Assembly: GCA_023231475.1 (NCBI GenBank)
Contig: JALJEE010001312.1
Span: forward strand, 54,539-74,538
Direction of reading: 5' to 3'
From: Seison nebaliae
Lineage: Eukaryota
Length of the DNA stretch: 20,000 nucleotides
Every line of letters starts with the position of its first letter. Position 1 is the first letter of the stretch. The notes below the pieces were generated by a model. That model had not been told where the DNA came from, ran no database searches, and was given only the letters and a program-made list of their open reading frames with translations. Shown here piece after piece: positions 8,330-19,797 of this stretch. A program made the translations under genes and the position numbers.

Positions 8330-10883
8330 ATGGATCAGATGTAAATGAAAGAAATTATGACAAGAAGAAGAATAATCAGTTCAAATAAAAACGATCTTCT
8401 TCGATAAGTTTTGGAGAAATATTCTTTTTTTTTTTTAAAGTTCATTCAATCGACGTGTATTTTTTTCTCAATTGTTTGTGCGTGTGTGTGGAATTGTGTG
8501 GAATGATGTGTATTTTTTAATTCCAAATAAATTTTTTTATTTATATATTTCTCTTTCTTTCTTCACAATTAATTTGAGCAGATTTCCCCATCCAAAACAA
8601 ATGTCACATACCAGTCGTTCCAATAACGTCTCGTCGAGAGGTAATGGAAGATATGCGTCTTCCGCTTGTCATTCCTCAACATACGACGAGCGATTGGCAT
8701 TGGTGAGAGAAAAGAAGATAGAATTGGAGAAACAAAGATTAGAGAGAGCTCGATTGGCAATCAAAGTTCCATCCGGATCTCCACAAGAACATCAGAGAAC
8801 GATGAGAACTAAATCGAAAATGACATCGTCAACTTACGGTAATTTTTCTCTCTAATTAATTTCTCTTTCGCTTTCCTTCACTAACAACATCTCCAAATTG
8901 CACTGCACTTTCATATTTATTTTCTGCTTTTGTTTCTGGTTGAAATTGCTCCGACGAACGGATCGAAAAAATTATTTATCGAAATTGTTGTTGTTGTTGT
9001 TGATGGAAAAGGATCGTAAATGAGTATGGAATTGGAAAATATGTTGAAATTAGGGAAGAAAATAATTTTATTTTTCATCTTCTTTCAACGAAAGAGGAAG
9101 ACAATGAAATTTTTTAATTCGACGGAAAATTCGACGGTTAGTCTCTTCTCACTTTTCTTCACGATCGCTTTGCGGTGAAAAGACGAAGGATTTCCCAATC
9201 CGTTCAGGGAGAGCATTTCTCCCAATTACAGCTCAATTGAGAGAGTGAGTCTTAATCGATTATTCGTCGACTCATCAAAACCGTTTTTATGGAAATGTAG
9301 GGACTTCAGTTTCCGCTTTGTCATCGACAGAATCTTTGTGAGAAGATCCACTTCACAACAACAAATTGACATTAGTAGGGAAATTATGAATATTTCTCCA
9401 CAAACAATCGACGAACTTCCTTCTTTTATTTTATATATCGTTGTCGATATCATCATTTTCTCCATATCGATCGATTTCATTATTCTTCTTTTTTATTTCA
9501 CTTCATCGAATAATTTTTATTGAAAAATAATTATATTTCTTTTCGTCATAAATATTTGAAGGGAAATAATATCTATTCTTTGACGGTTAGAAGGTTAATC
9601 TGTCAATCGATACAGACGATGATTTTTTACCGTTTCTGACGGAAAATAAAAAGTTTCTTGATTTGTTTTGTCCATTTATCATTTGGGTAGAATCGACTTA
9701 ATCAGCCCTCATATCGACCAAATGATATGGAATGAAGAGATGATTGTATTCTATTCATTTTGAATAGGGATAATTCTCTTTAATTCTCCTTCTTTCTTTA
9801 ACATCATCATCGACATCAATTTTATGTTCGTTCCACGTTTCTCTTTTTCCATTTTCTCCTCTAGTCTTCTGAGATGGAATTAAATGGAAATAATATTCAT
9901 AAATTCCATTACTTCTCCTCTACACTCAACGAAGAATAAAATATAAAGAGAATTTTTTTATGAAAATCTCTTACAAATTATTAGGGAGATACAAAAGAAT
10001 TTCCTCGTTCCTATAGAGATCTCAATTTTATCGAATTTTTTTCTCGCGAAATTCTCTTCCATTCGTTGTCATCACATCGTCGATTCGTTGTCGTCGTGAG
10101 AGGAAATAATAAAAAAAAATATTTTCCACATTTATCTCTTTTTGGTGAAGAAGTTGTCGTTTAGTGGAATTACAATGGAAATTTCGACGGAAACTGAAAT
10201 TTTCCAAAATAATTCTCCCGATCAACTCATCATCACTCCAACAAAAGATAACATTATTATTCCAGAAAAGAATCACGAACAATTATATAATGATGAAATT
10301 GAATATTCCCCTAAATTTAGGCGTCCCTCAACAATTTCGGATGATGAAGATGAGGGAAATTTAGAGGAAACAATTCCAAATCAATTATCATTTCCTCCAG
10401 TTGAAATCACGAAATCAATTGATGATAATAAAATCGACAATGAGAAAAATGTGGAAACAATTGTTGAAAAGAAAAATTCAGATGAGGAAAAACATGCTGG
10501 AAATCGATTATATCGAATGTTTCAAGAAGAGAAACTAAAGAAATCGAATTTAACGACAACTCTCCGAAAGAAAAGTTAGACGAACAGAAATTAAATTGAA
10601 CAATTTCATCATATGGAAATTCCATCGTCATAATCGAAAATTCATAGTGGAAAATTGTTCTGCTAATCTAATTCACTAACTTAATTTCTGCTCTCAAATT
10701 GAAAATCTAATTTGTTAAGTTCCATAAAGTTAAGTTAATGATGATTCCCTAGAAGAATTATGTAATTATTTTTTATAAACGAATTGAAATTATTTTCATT
10801 CATTTTTTTTACAAATTTTCATATAAAGAAAATAAATTTAAAAAATTTTTTTTTTAATTTTGATTTTAATTGACGAAAATTAA

Positions 10884-10914
<31 letters not shown>

Positions 10915-12830
10915 CATTCACGAAAATTAATTTTTAAAAATTTTAGCATTTTATCTGATTCACATTGTTTGAAATAATTCACAGTCGTTCACCTACCATT
11001 ATCGTCACTTGAGAACTAACTGGGAAAAAAGTAGAAAAATAATATTTCTTTCGTTTTCTCTTCAGAAGTGAACAATGGGAAAACTGCTTCTCCACCAGTA
11101 CAATTCCATCGTGATGGAAATCAGTCGGAAAGTTCGAAGAAGACGAATGGCATTGATCGGATTTATTATCGTCGTAATGGGAATCTGGCACATTTTATGC
11201 TTCCCACTTGTAACACACTAATTCGATCGATGAGAATTCCACCAAAAGACAACGGTAGTGGTCGTTGTCTACATCATTGTGATGGTCACTCATCATCCCT
11301 CCTTCAACAACAACAACAGCAACATGAAGCTTTATATGACAATAGTCAGTTGATAATGAGAGATGGAGAGTCGTTGAATGGAAATGAATTTGGACAGACG
11401 ATTATTTCTCTTCCAAATTCTTCTGATTCTCCTATGATCCGATGTCGCCGAATGGCGAAATGTTAGAAAATAAAAATTGTTCTTCCTAATATACAAATCG
11501 TTGTTGTTTTTGTTGTTGTTCTTATTCTTTAATATTAATTTTTTTTTTTTTAAAAATTATTTTTTATCATTTAAATTTTTGTTTTTAAATCATTTTTTTT
11601 GTCTTATTTTATTTTTTAGTTCTGACGAAACCAAATGAGAATAAAACACATTTCACATCAACAACAACGTCGTCAGTGACTGGTGGTAAATCAAAGAAAG
11701 ATATCGAAGAATTCTTCAATCGAATGTCTCAACCAAAATATCGTCCGAACAAATCCAACAATACCAACAACATGAGAACAACAATGTCGATGTATACTTC
11801 GTCGTCGAAGTCTGGAAGAAATGGAACGAAAGCATCATATACTCGACCGACGACTTCGTCAAAGAATAAATTAGTTCGAAATAAATTACCGATAAGTAAC
11901 GGAAAAGCGGGAACACATCCAAGACAACAACATCGTTTGACTGTTCATCCAAATCGTCAAATTCAAATAAATAATGAATCGAAGAAAATTTCAAAAAATT
12001 CTTCACGAGAATCTTCCACATCTGTTCCTCAAACCAAGGAGACTAGTTTTGATATTGAAGAACATAAGAGAAAGATTGAAGAAGGACGTCGTATTTATCG
12101 AATGAAGATGGAAGAAGAAATGAAAAGGAAAGAAGAAGAAGAAGAAGAGAAGAAGAAATTAGAAGATAATAAGAGATTGGAACAAGAGAAATATTTGGAA
12201 GAAAAACGAGAAGAAAGAAGATTAGAAGAAGAAAAAAGAAGAGAAGAAGAAGAAAAGAAGAGAATTGAAAAACAGAAGAAATTGGAAGAAGAACAAAAAG
12301 TGATAGAAGAAGAAGAGAGAAAAAGAAAAGGAGAATTGGAAGAGAAGAGAAAGAAGAATGAACAAATTTCAAATGAAGCTAATCGAGCGGTGGAACATGT
12401 TCGTAGTCTCCTCAAAAATAATACATCTACTAAAAAGAATGAAAATGAAACACAGATTAATATGACTCCAAAGAATAATAATAATACTCCAATTATCATC
12501 AATAATCAAAATAGTATTGTGAATGATATTTTAGCTAAACATGGAATTCAATTATCCATCAAAACTGTCTCGAAAGATAACGAAGAAAAATCGGCATCAC
12601 CACCATCTCATACATCAACATCTCCCAATACTTCTACAATCGACACAGCTCTTGATCTGAATGATAATTCCAATGAGAATCAATCGTTTTCAGACGAGGA
12701 GAACTCTCAATCAGATCAACCTACGAGAGATAATGAGGAGGATATCGTACCAAATGATGAGGAGAAAGAAGAAGAAGAGAAACCAACGGAATTGAATCCG
12801 TCTCTCATTCAAATCGATCTCTCCACTTAA
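8330..12830 (+). CDS. Six-exon coiled-coil/disordered protein, ~765 aa, MAP7/ensconsin-like microtubule-associated protein (tentative family)
   Basis: Exons 8330-8340, 8582-8838, 9232-9244, 10165-10574, 11066-11461, 11620-12830 join through GT-AG introns with matching phases (2,1,2,1,1), total 2298 nt. N-terminal helix YDERLALVREKKIELEKQRLERARL, central HFMLPTCNTLIRS (similar to MAP7 RLxTPTxSxLARS), and DIEEHKRKIEEGRRIYR followed by an E/K/R-rich helix (similar to the MAP7 C-terminal domain). AATAAA at 12901-12906. Gene model is better supported than the family call; the first exon is least certain. Confidence 0.62.
8985..9002. repeat. (TTG)6 microsatellite in intron
   Basis: ttgttgttgttgttgttg read directly. 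Confidence 0.7.
9232..9244 (+). other. 13-nt internal microexon of the MAP7-like gene
   Basis: ttacAG|CTCAATTGAGAGA|GTGAGT; converts the phase-1 donor at 8839 to the phase-2 acceptor at 10164, encoding (A)QLR(D). Confidence 0.65.
10836..10945. repeat. Imperfect AT-rich tandem/palindromic repeat in intron 4
   Basis: Repeated ACGAAAATTAATTTTAAAAA...TTTT units and A-run/T-run palindromes. Confidence 0.5.
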
Positions 12831-13399
12831 TCTTTCATTTCCACATTCACATCTTCAATTTCTTTCTTTTCCAATGGAATATTTTCATGTATATTCTATC
12901 AATAAAGCTTATTCATTCATCTTTTTCCAGAGTTTTCAACATCGTTTTCTTCAACTCAATTTCTCTCAATAACAACATTTTCATTCTTAAACAAAATTTC
13001 ATAGAAAAATAAAATTTTCCCTTTTTTTCATTTTACACCATTATTTCTAGATATTTTCCAATTGAAACCAATTTGAACTAACAAAATGAACAAGATATTG
13101 ACAAATTTTTACACTTTTAAAGCCAAATTTGATTGAACATAAACAACGACAATTATATCATTTTTTAGTGTTTTCCGAAAATCTTTAGGAATAACGAGAA
13201 CTATTTTGAGAAGAATTATTCACATATGTTAGATAAAATTTTTTTTGAACTATAAAAAAGTCAGTTTATTTAAGCACAATAATCTTTTTTTAACTTTCAA
13301 TTATTTAAATTAAATTATTTGGTAAGGAAACTGTACAAATAACTAAAATAACAATTTTCTCCCCAATTACTCTATCCATTGATGACCATATTACGCAAC

Positions 13400-13423
13400 A
13401 TATTGTTGCAAATATTGTTGCAA
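13400..13423. repeat. Direct repeat ATATTGTTGCAA x2 overlapping a GCAACA/TGTTGC inverted repeat
   Basis: 13400-13411 and 13412-13423 are identical 12-mers; GCAACA at 13395-13400 is the reverse complement of TGTTGC at 13404-13409. Confidence 0.65.
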
Positions 13424-14707
13424 TAACATAGAAAATTGGACGAAATTTGTAACTGTAGAATCATGCAGTTCATTTTACAGGAGAATGTGAAAAATATTTA
13501 GCTGGATGAAACGTAGATGGAATACGAAACGAAACTTATTTCTTCGACTAATGTGATAAAAGAATTTATCGATCGAATCGTAACTCATTCGCATACGAGT
13601 CAAAAATTAGAGTAATTATTTTATAAAAAGTAGATTGAAGAGATTGACAACAACTTTACGGAAATTCAAAAGAGATGAATTTTTCCTAGATTCTCCTAGA
13701 CTGGTTAAGTTAAATTGCGAGTTAAGTTTTATAAATCGTCGTTTCTTCTACAGACCCCTGAAAATGTTTCTCTCAATAATAATATTCTTTAGAGGCAAAA
13801 AAAACGAAATTCTTTAAATTAATTATTCGATTTTATCAAAGCAACATATACTTCATTTCTGTTTTTATTATGAATATGGAAAAGTTCATTTTAGTGGTAA
13901 ACGAATTTTCGACACGCCATTCATTTTAGACAAATTTCCTTTAGTTTTTTCTTCGATCTAAAATTCCAATTTCAGTCCAAATCTTCAGGGATATGGAATA
14001 TTCATTGGAAACACTTGTAGAACAGTGTAAGGAAAATGAATGACGAATAATTATGGTAGAGTATTATTATTTAGAATTGTTAAGAAACTCTTGAGAAGAA
14101 ATCAAAATTTTTTGAATTTCTAACAAACTAAGAAATTTTTGTTATAGAAACATAATCGTAATTGTTGTTGGAAATGTGATTATCGAAGAAAGAAAGAATA
14201 TAATTATTTCCAACGAAAATTTAAAGTCTGTTGAGAATCGGTAAATATTTTATGAGACTGTTCAGAATTTAGACCGTTTAAATTAAATATAAGGAAAAAA
14301 TTATATTCTCTTCGAACTTTTTCTCGAGTGTGAAGAATTACAGAAAAGTTTCCATCGGAAACTATTCTATAATTAAATTTCTTTACAATTTTTCCTTTCC
14401 ATTCAAGTTCATTCAATTTTGTCACAATATTGAACAGAAGAATGATTACGGGAAAATGTAATATAAATAAGGAAAAATAACTGCACGTGTATAGTTGGTT
14501 GTGTATGGAAAGTTTGTGATCATCAATAAATTTCCAATAGCTCTTTTTCAGACGTGAGTTTCCTCTTTATAGACAATTGGCGAGTGAGTTCATGTATATA
14601 TATGTTCGACTTACATACTTCTTTGTAAGATAGTAATAATAAACAACCGTTTCTATTGAGAAAAAGAGAGAATTCGGTGAGAATTCCAATATCGTAGAGG
14701 AGTGAGG

Positions 14708-16301
14708 ATGTTCAGCATGCTAAAGAGGAATCGCTACAGAATCAAGCGGAAAATCTCTCGGATAATGATAGCAAAATCGACGTTCACTATCATCCTGCTC
14801 ATCAGTTTAATCGTACTCTATTACGCATATCCATTTTTATGGGGATTCTCAACTGTCAAGAGATATCTGGAACCGTTAAACGATAAACATTTTCGTTGCT
14901 CCACTTTCATTAACCGAACATACGATCAATTGAATACTGATGAATTATATAAACAATTTAAGAAAGAAGTACTTCAAACACATGGCAATCTTCCACAACT
15001 ATCGAAAATTGAGGAATTGAAAACGACGAAAGATTTGTTGGATTTCTGTGGGAATTATTTCAGCAAAAGACATTTTTATGGATTTGATCCATATTTACAA
15101 TCAAATTCATTCGAATTGAAATATCCTTTAGCATTCACCATGTTACTTTCAAGTCAAGATTTCAAATGGTCTCCATTTACTGGTTTTCAGCTACTTCTGG
15201 CAATGATTTATCGTCCACAAAATTATTATGTGTTTCATATTGATACGAAAGTTGAAAATGATCCATCAATGGAAATTAGAAAAAATTTGAAATTATTCCA
15301 AAAATTAGTGGACAATTGTCTTCCAAACGCCTTATTTACTACCACATCGATTAACATCACATATGCAAGTTATGGTCGATTAGAAGCGGATTTGGTTTCA
15401 TTTAAACGATTATTTCAACAATTCGCTTTCCAATTGAAAATTCTGGAAATTTCTTATACTTTCGGCTATTGGTCGAAAGCAAGCATATTTAAAACATCTC
15501 CCTGGATTTATGCTATGAATTTGGCGGCTAGTGAATTACCCATTATGTCCAATACGGAAATGGTACTTTATGCTATCCAATTATGGAAACGTGGAGAATT
15601 ATCTGATATTGAATCCTATTCAACTGGTTGGCGTTTTTCTGACCGTTATAGTAACATTTGGGTCATTCAGGATGGAGTTAGTGATTGAAATTTCAAAGTT
15701 TAAATTTCTAATTTTTCGAAAGTTGATGAAGAAAATGAAAACGAGAAAGAAAGCCATTTCATCGATTCTAGAAAAACCAGTGAATATGATGAAAGGAATC
15801 GCTTACAATTTCTTATCCAGGAAATACCTTCGTCATGTCTTGTTTAATTCTGAAGAATGTGCCAAATTTCAACAATGGTCTCATGATACAAATAGTCCAG
15901 ATGAATTCTTTTGGGCAACTCTACAGAATAATCAGGAAACCTTCAAATTTCCTCCTCCTATTCTCAAACCGGGTTTTTGTTTATTCTTCACCTAAATTCT
16001 TTGACTTCTTCTAACAGTGAACAATACTGTGACCATGACGAGGGAAATCCAATGGAATAATTTGCATGCAAAAAATATTTGTCATGGCAAATATCGACAC
16101 AACATTTGTCAATTTTCCATAGGAGATTATGGTCGATTGATTTCGTCCTATAGAATGGTAGCTAACAAATTCAGTTACGAAGTCGATCCAGTAATTTACG
16201 ATTGTCTCAACGAACATGTTAACAGAGACGATATCTCGAAATCGACAGAGAAAATTTTTGAAATAACTAAATTTTATTTACACAAATTCCATGCAAAATA
16301 A
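14708..16301 (+). CDS. GCNT: Core-2/I-branching beta-1,6-N-acetylglucosaminyltransferase (CAZy GT14), ~500 aa, type II membrane protein
   Basis: Exons 14708-15676, 15723-15972, 16018-16301 (introns of 46 and 45 nt, phases 0 and 1). Basic N-tail plus TM (FTIILLISLIVLYYAYPFLW); motifs YPLAFTML, IYRPQNYYVFHIDTK, RLEADL, WIYAMNLAASELP, SPDEFFWATL (catalytic Glu motif), CHGKYRHNICQFSIGD, ANKF. AATAAA at 16331. Confidence 0.93.
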
Positions 16302-17736
16302 AGAGTTTCCAATTGAGATGGTTCTGACTGAATAAAATTCATTCTAAATGGTCAATAAAAGAAGAGTTGGAGAAGAATGAACAAAAACAATTATTCCATA
16401 TTTGTTCCATTAGAATATGGAAAATTTAAAGAACTGTATGTTCAATTAGAGTTTTCTAAAAGTTCTGTCTCAAATTTATTCACTTGTCAATAATTCTATT
16501 CTCAATCATTTGTGAAGTATCAAATATTTAGGTATTTAAATAAAAGAAAATTTAAATATTTTATCATAATTTGTGAAGATTATTATTAGGAAATTATTAA
16601 GTGGATTGAGTCAAATCTAAATTATGATGTCCGATTTATAATGTATGAGCAATCGTTAAATGAATGATGTTATTGAAATAAACAGTTATTGAAATTGAGT
16701 GTATATATTATAATAATATTATGATAATGATAATAATAAATTCATGAAGTATTTGCTTCCGATTCATCCATGGGAAATTAATCGATAATGTAATTATTTA
16801 TTATTAAATGATAACAGACGAGTTTGGAAGATGACTATGTTGATGAGAGAGACAAATGTGCTTAAAGTGAGAAGCGAAATGAATGACGAAACGATAATCG
16901 AACCATAAAAATAAACAGATCAAATTATTTATTGATATGTATCGTCTTCAATGGCATGAAATTAATGTTTTAGATTATAATCTGATATCATGTCACTATA
17001 GAATGAATATGGATAATACAATAAAGATATGAGTGGGAGTAGATAATATTTAAATGGACTGGAATAAGAAGTGAGAGACGATTAAAGGAAAGAATAATTC
17101 AAAGTTTGAGCGTTTCACTTACTCACCTGATGAACATCCGATAATTGAAGACACTTACCAATAATTAATGGATATGTGTACGCAGTGTGTTCGTGCCGTC
17201 TCCAAACCTCATACAAATAGGACAATGAACGAGAATGATGCTACATACGCAGGAGAAAGAAAGAGATTATCTAATTTATTTTTTCCTGCCAAACTAAATT
17301 GTCATTGAGACAGGAGATGAAAAGGAAGAATCGACGAATAAAACTTTACCTCTCTCTTTGCGGCTGTATTTTTCATCCTGTCTCTATCTGCCATTCATTT
17401 GGAGGATTAACAGATATTTAGTGTGTTGTGTATAATCGGAGTACATAGCGCAAAAATACAGAGATAATATTCGGGAATATAAGAAGAAGAATTCTTAATT
17501 TTTTCCAAACCATTTTTATTATTATTCATGTCTCTGAATGACTTATAAGTCTCTCGTAACTCATTCGTACCATCGTACCATCAATAACAATCGTATGATT
17601 CAACATATCCTTTCAAACAGTATACATTTCATGAAGTACTCTTCACTTAATTTTGCTCCTAGGTGATTAGGTGGCCAACAAATTTATTCCCACAAACAAA
17701 CCAATTTACCAATTAGGTTTTTTCCTTTTCTAGACG

Positions 17737-18895
17737 ATGACAAAACAAGCAACTAAAGGCTCTCCACGAAATTTGGACGACAATGAATTATGTCTCCGAA
17801 AAAAGATGATTTGTGCCGGTTCCGCCGGTTGCATTGGCGATTTTCTCACATTCCCCTTAGACGTAGCTAAAGTCAGATTACAAGTTGAACATTCTTTCAA
17901 AATTAAACTTTCAAATTTTCTAATTATATCATTCTCCAGATTCAAGGTGATAGTAGTGCAGGAATTATGAACAAACAATATCGGGGATTAATAGGAACAT
18001 TAAAAACAATCTATCGTCAAGAAGGATTAGTTCGTGGATTATATGGGGGAATAGCACCGGGACTTCAACGACAAATGTGTTTCTCTGGAGTTCGAATTGG
18101 AGCGTACGATACAGTTCGAGATGCGTTACGCCAAATATTTAAAATAGAATCATCTATCGGAATCAAACAATTGGCAGCGTCATCCTCGTTACAAAAGACA
18201 AGTAAAATGAATAAGAGAAATTCGAGTAAAATTGCCGATTTCGCTTTACGGGTAACAGCCGGAAGTACCACCGGTTGTTTGGCTGTTTTAATGGCACAAC
18301 CGACTGATGTGGTTAAAGTAAGAATGCAAGCACAAGGCGTTTATTTGATGTCGGAAGAAGCGAAGAAAAATCTTTATACGAGTAGTCTTAGTGCGTATAA
18401 AAGAATCATGAGGGAAGAAGGCTTACGAGGTTTGTGGAAAGGAACCGTTCCAAACATTTGTCGAAATTCCATAGTCAATGCAAGTGAAATCGTTTCTTAT
18501 GATATGATTAAAGAGATGTTCATAATGAGAATGAACATGAAAGATACCACTTCGTGTCATCTCATTAGTGCATTGTGTGCTGGTGTCATTACAACGGTAA
18601 TAGCATCACCTGTTGATGTTATTAAAACGAGATATATGAACGCTAAAGTCGGTATTTACAAAAGTTTACCCGATTGTGCAGTTCAATTATTTCGTCAAGA
18701 TGGTCCAGCTGCATTCTATAAAGGGTTTCTCATTTTCATTTTTTAAATTAAATTTTTATTATTTTCTATATTTATTTTAGATTAGTTCCATCGTTTATTA
18801 GAATTAGTCTATGGAATGTTATCATGTTTGTCAGTTATGAACAAATCAAACGAGTAGTAACAACACCAAAACAACAAGTTACAATGGCGACTTAA
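17737..18895 (+). CDS. UCP2: Mitochondrial uncoupling protein, UCP2/UCP3-like (SLC25 carrier), ~348 aa
   Basis: Exons 17737-17883, 17940-18724, 18781-18895 (two 56-nt introns). Three carrier signatures PLDVAKVRLQ, PTDVVKVRMQ, PVDVIKTRYM; UCP-typical [59 protein letters not shown]. Symbol is family-level (invertebrate UCP1/2/3 co-ortholog). Confidence 0.93.
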
Positions 18896-19061
18896 AATTC
18901 CGGAATGAACTTTATTTATTTTTTTCGTTTATCTCCTCTCCTTTTATCTTCTCCCGTTATTTATTTTTATTCCACTTTTTTCTACTTCAAAAACAAATAT
19001 TTTGAGAATAATTAGAAATCTCTTTTAATTTTTTTAAAATAAAATTTTATTTAATAAATTC

Positions 19062-19340
19062 TCATTCGATTAATTTATGTGCTAGCTTCCTGATAGTTCG
19101 TCGTGTTCTGTTCACTTCAGCTAACAGTGTCAATAATAAGAAAATAATCGAAATTACCGACAATATTATCACAACAATTTTCCTCGATGATCCATTCAAA
19201 ACGATTAATGGTGTTGAGATCTCGTCCGATAGAACACAAAGTTGTCGAATAAATTTTTCATCATTTAACTTCGTCCCGACAACAACCGTTGCAAGAAGAA
19301 TAATACATACGATGAAACGAAAGTAGAAATATGGAAACAT
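19062..19340 (-). CDS. Possible small membrane protein (92 aa; N-terminal signal/TM, second TM, basic tail)
   Basis: ATG-initiated ORF with hydrophobic FIVCIILLATVVVG and IVVIILSVISIIFLLLTLLA followed by NRTRRTIRK; AATAAA just downstream on the minus strand (~19046-19051). No recognisable family. Confidence 0.4.
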   Translation of the reverse strand: MFPYFYFRFIVCIILLATVVVGTKLNDEKFIRQLCVLSDEISTPLIVLNGSSRKIVVIILSVISIIFLLLTLLAEVNRTRRTIRKLAHKLIE

Positions 19341-19797
19341 TCGAGGGAATTAAATTTGAAATGAAATTAATTTTAATTCCAATTCACTTACCTAACTACT
19401 CTCAATATGATTACTTCATAAAATTGATTTTTATAAATTTCAGGAATATGATAAAAAGTTTACTAATTAAAAAGGTTAAGTTAATTATATGAAGAACTTA
19501 TTAAAAACAGTTTGATAAATAAAAAAGGGAAATTCAGATAAAAAGTAAATAATCTTCGGGAGAACTTCTATTTAATTTTTGGTAAATATGGTATGACTAG
19601 AATAGGCATCAACTGGGACATGTTGTTATTTTTGTTTTGCTGAAGAGTTACAGTCAATGTGAGAGAAATGTAAGGCATCAACATTCGCATACTGGGAATT
19701 GGACAAGCTGAATAAGCAAAATATTTTCAAATAAATTTGAAGCAAATTTTAACACTTAATCATTATAACTGATAATTTCAGAAAAGAAATTATAAAA

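Noticed and set aside
9226..9523. ORFs 9245..9523 (+) and 9226..9480 (-)
   Set aside because: Lie in intron 3 of the MAP7-like gene; the + ORF begins at the GTGAGT donor; no recognisable motifs.
11716..12502. Hydrophobic minus-strand ORFs (101, 109, 135 aa)
   Set aside because: Antisense shadows of the GAA/AAG-rich charged-helix exon.
14554..14589. Two GTGAGT donor-like sites with a 19-nt GT...AG segment upstream of the GT14 gene
   Set aside because: Possible 5' UTR splicing, but 19 nt is far below the intron sizes seen here and cannot be tested without transcripts.
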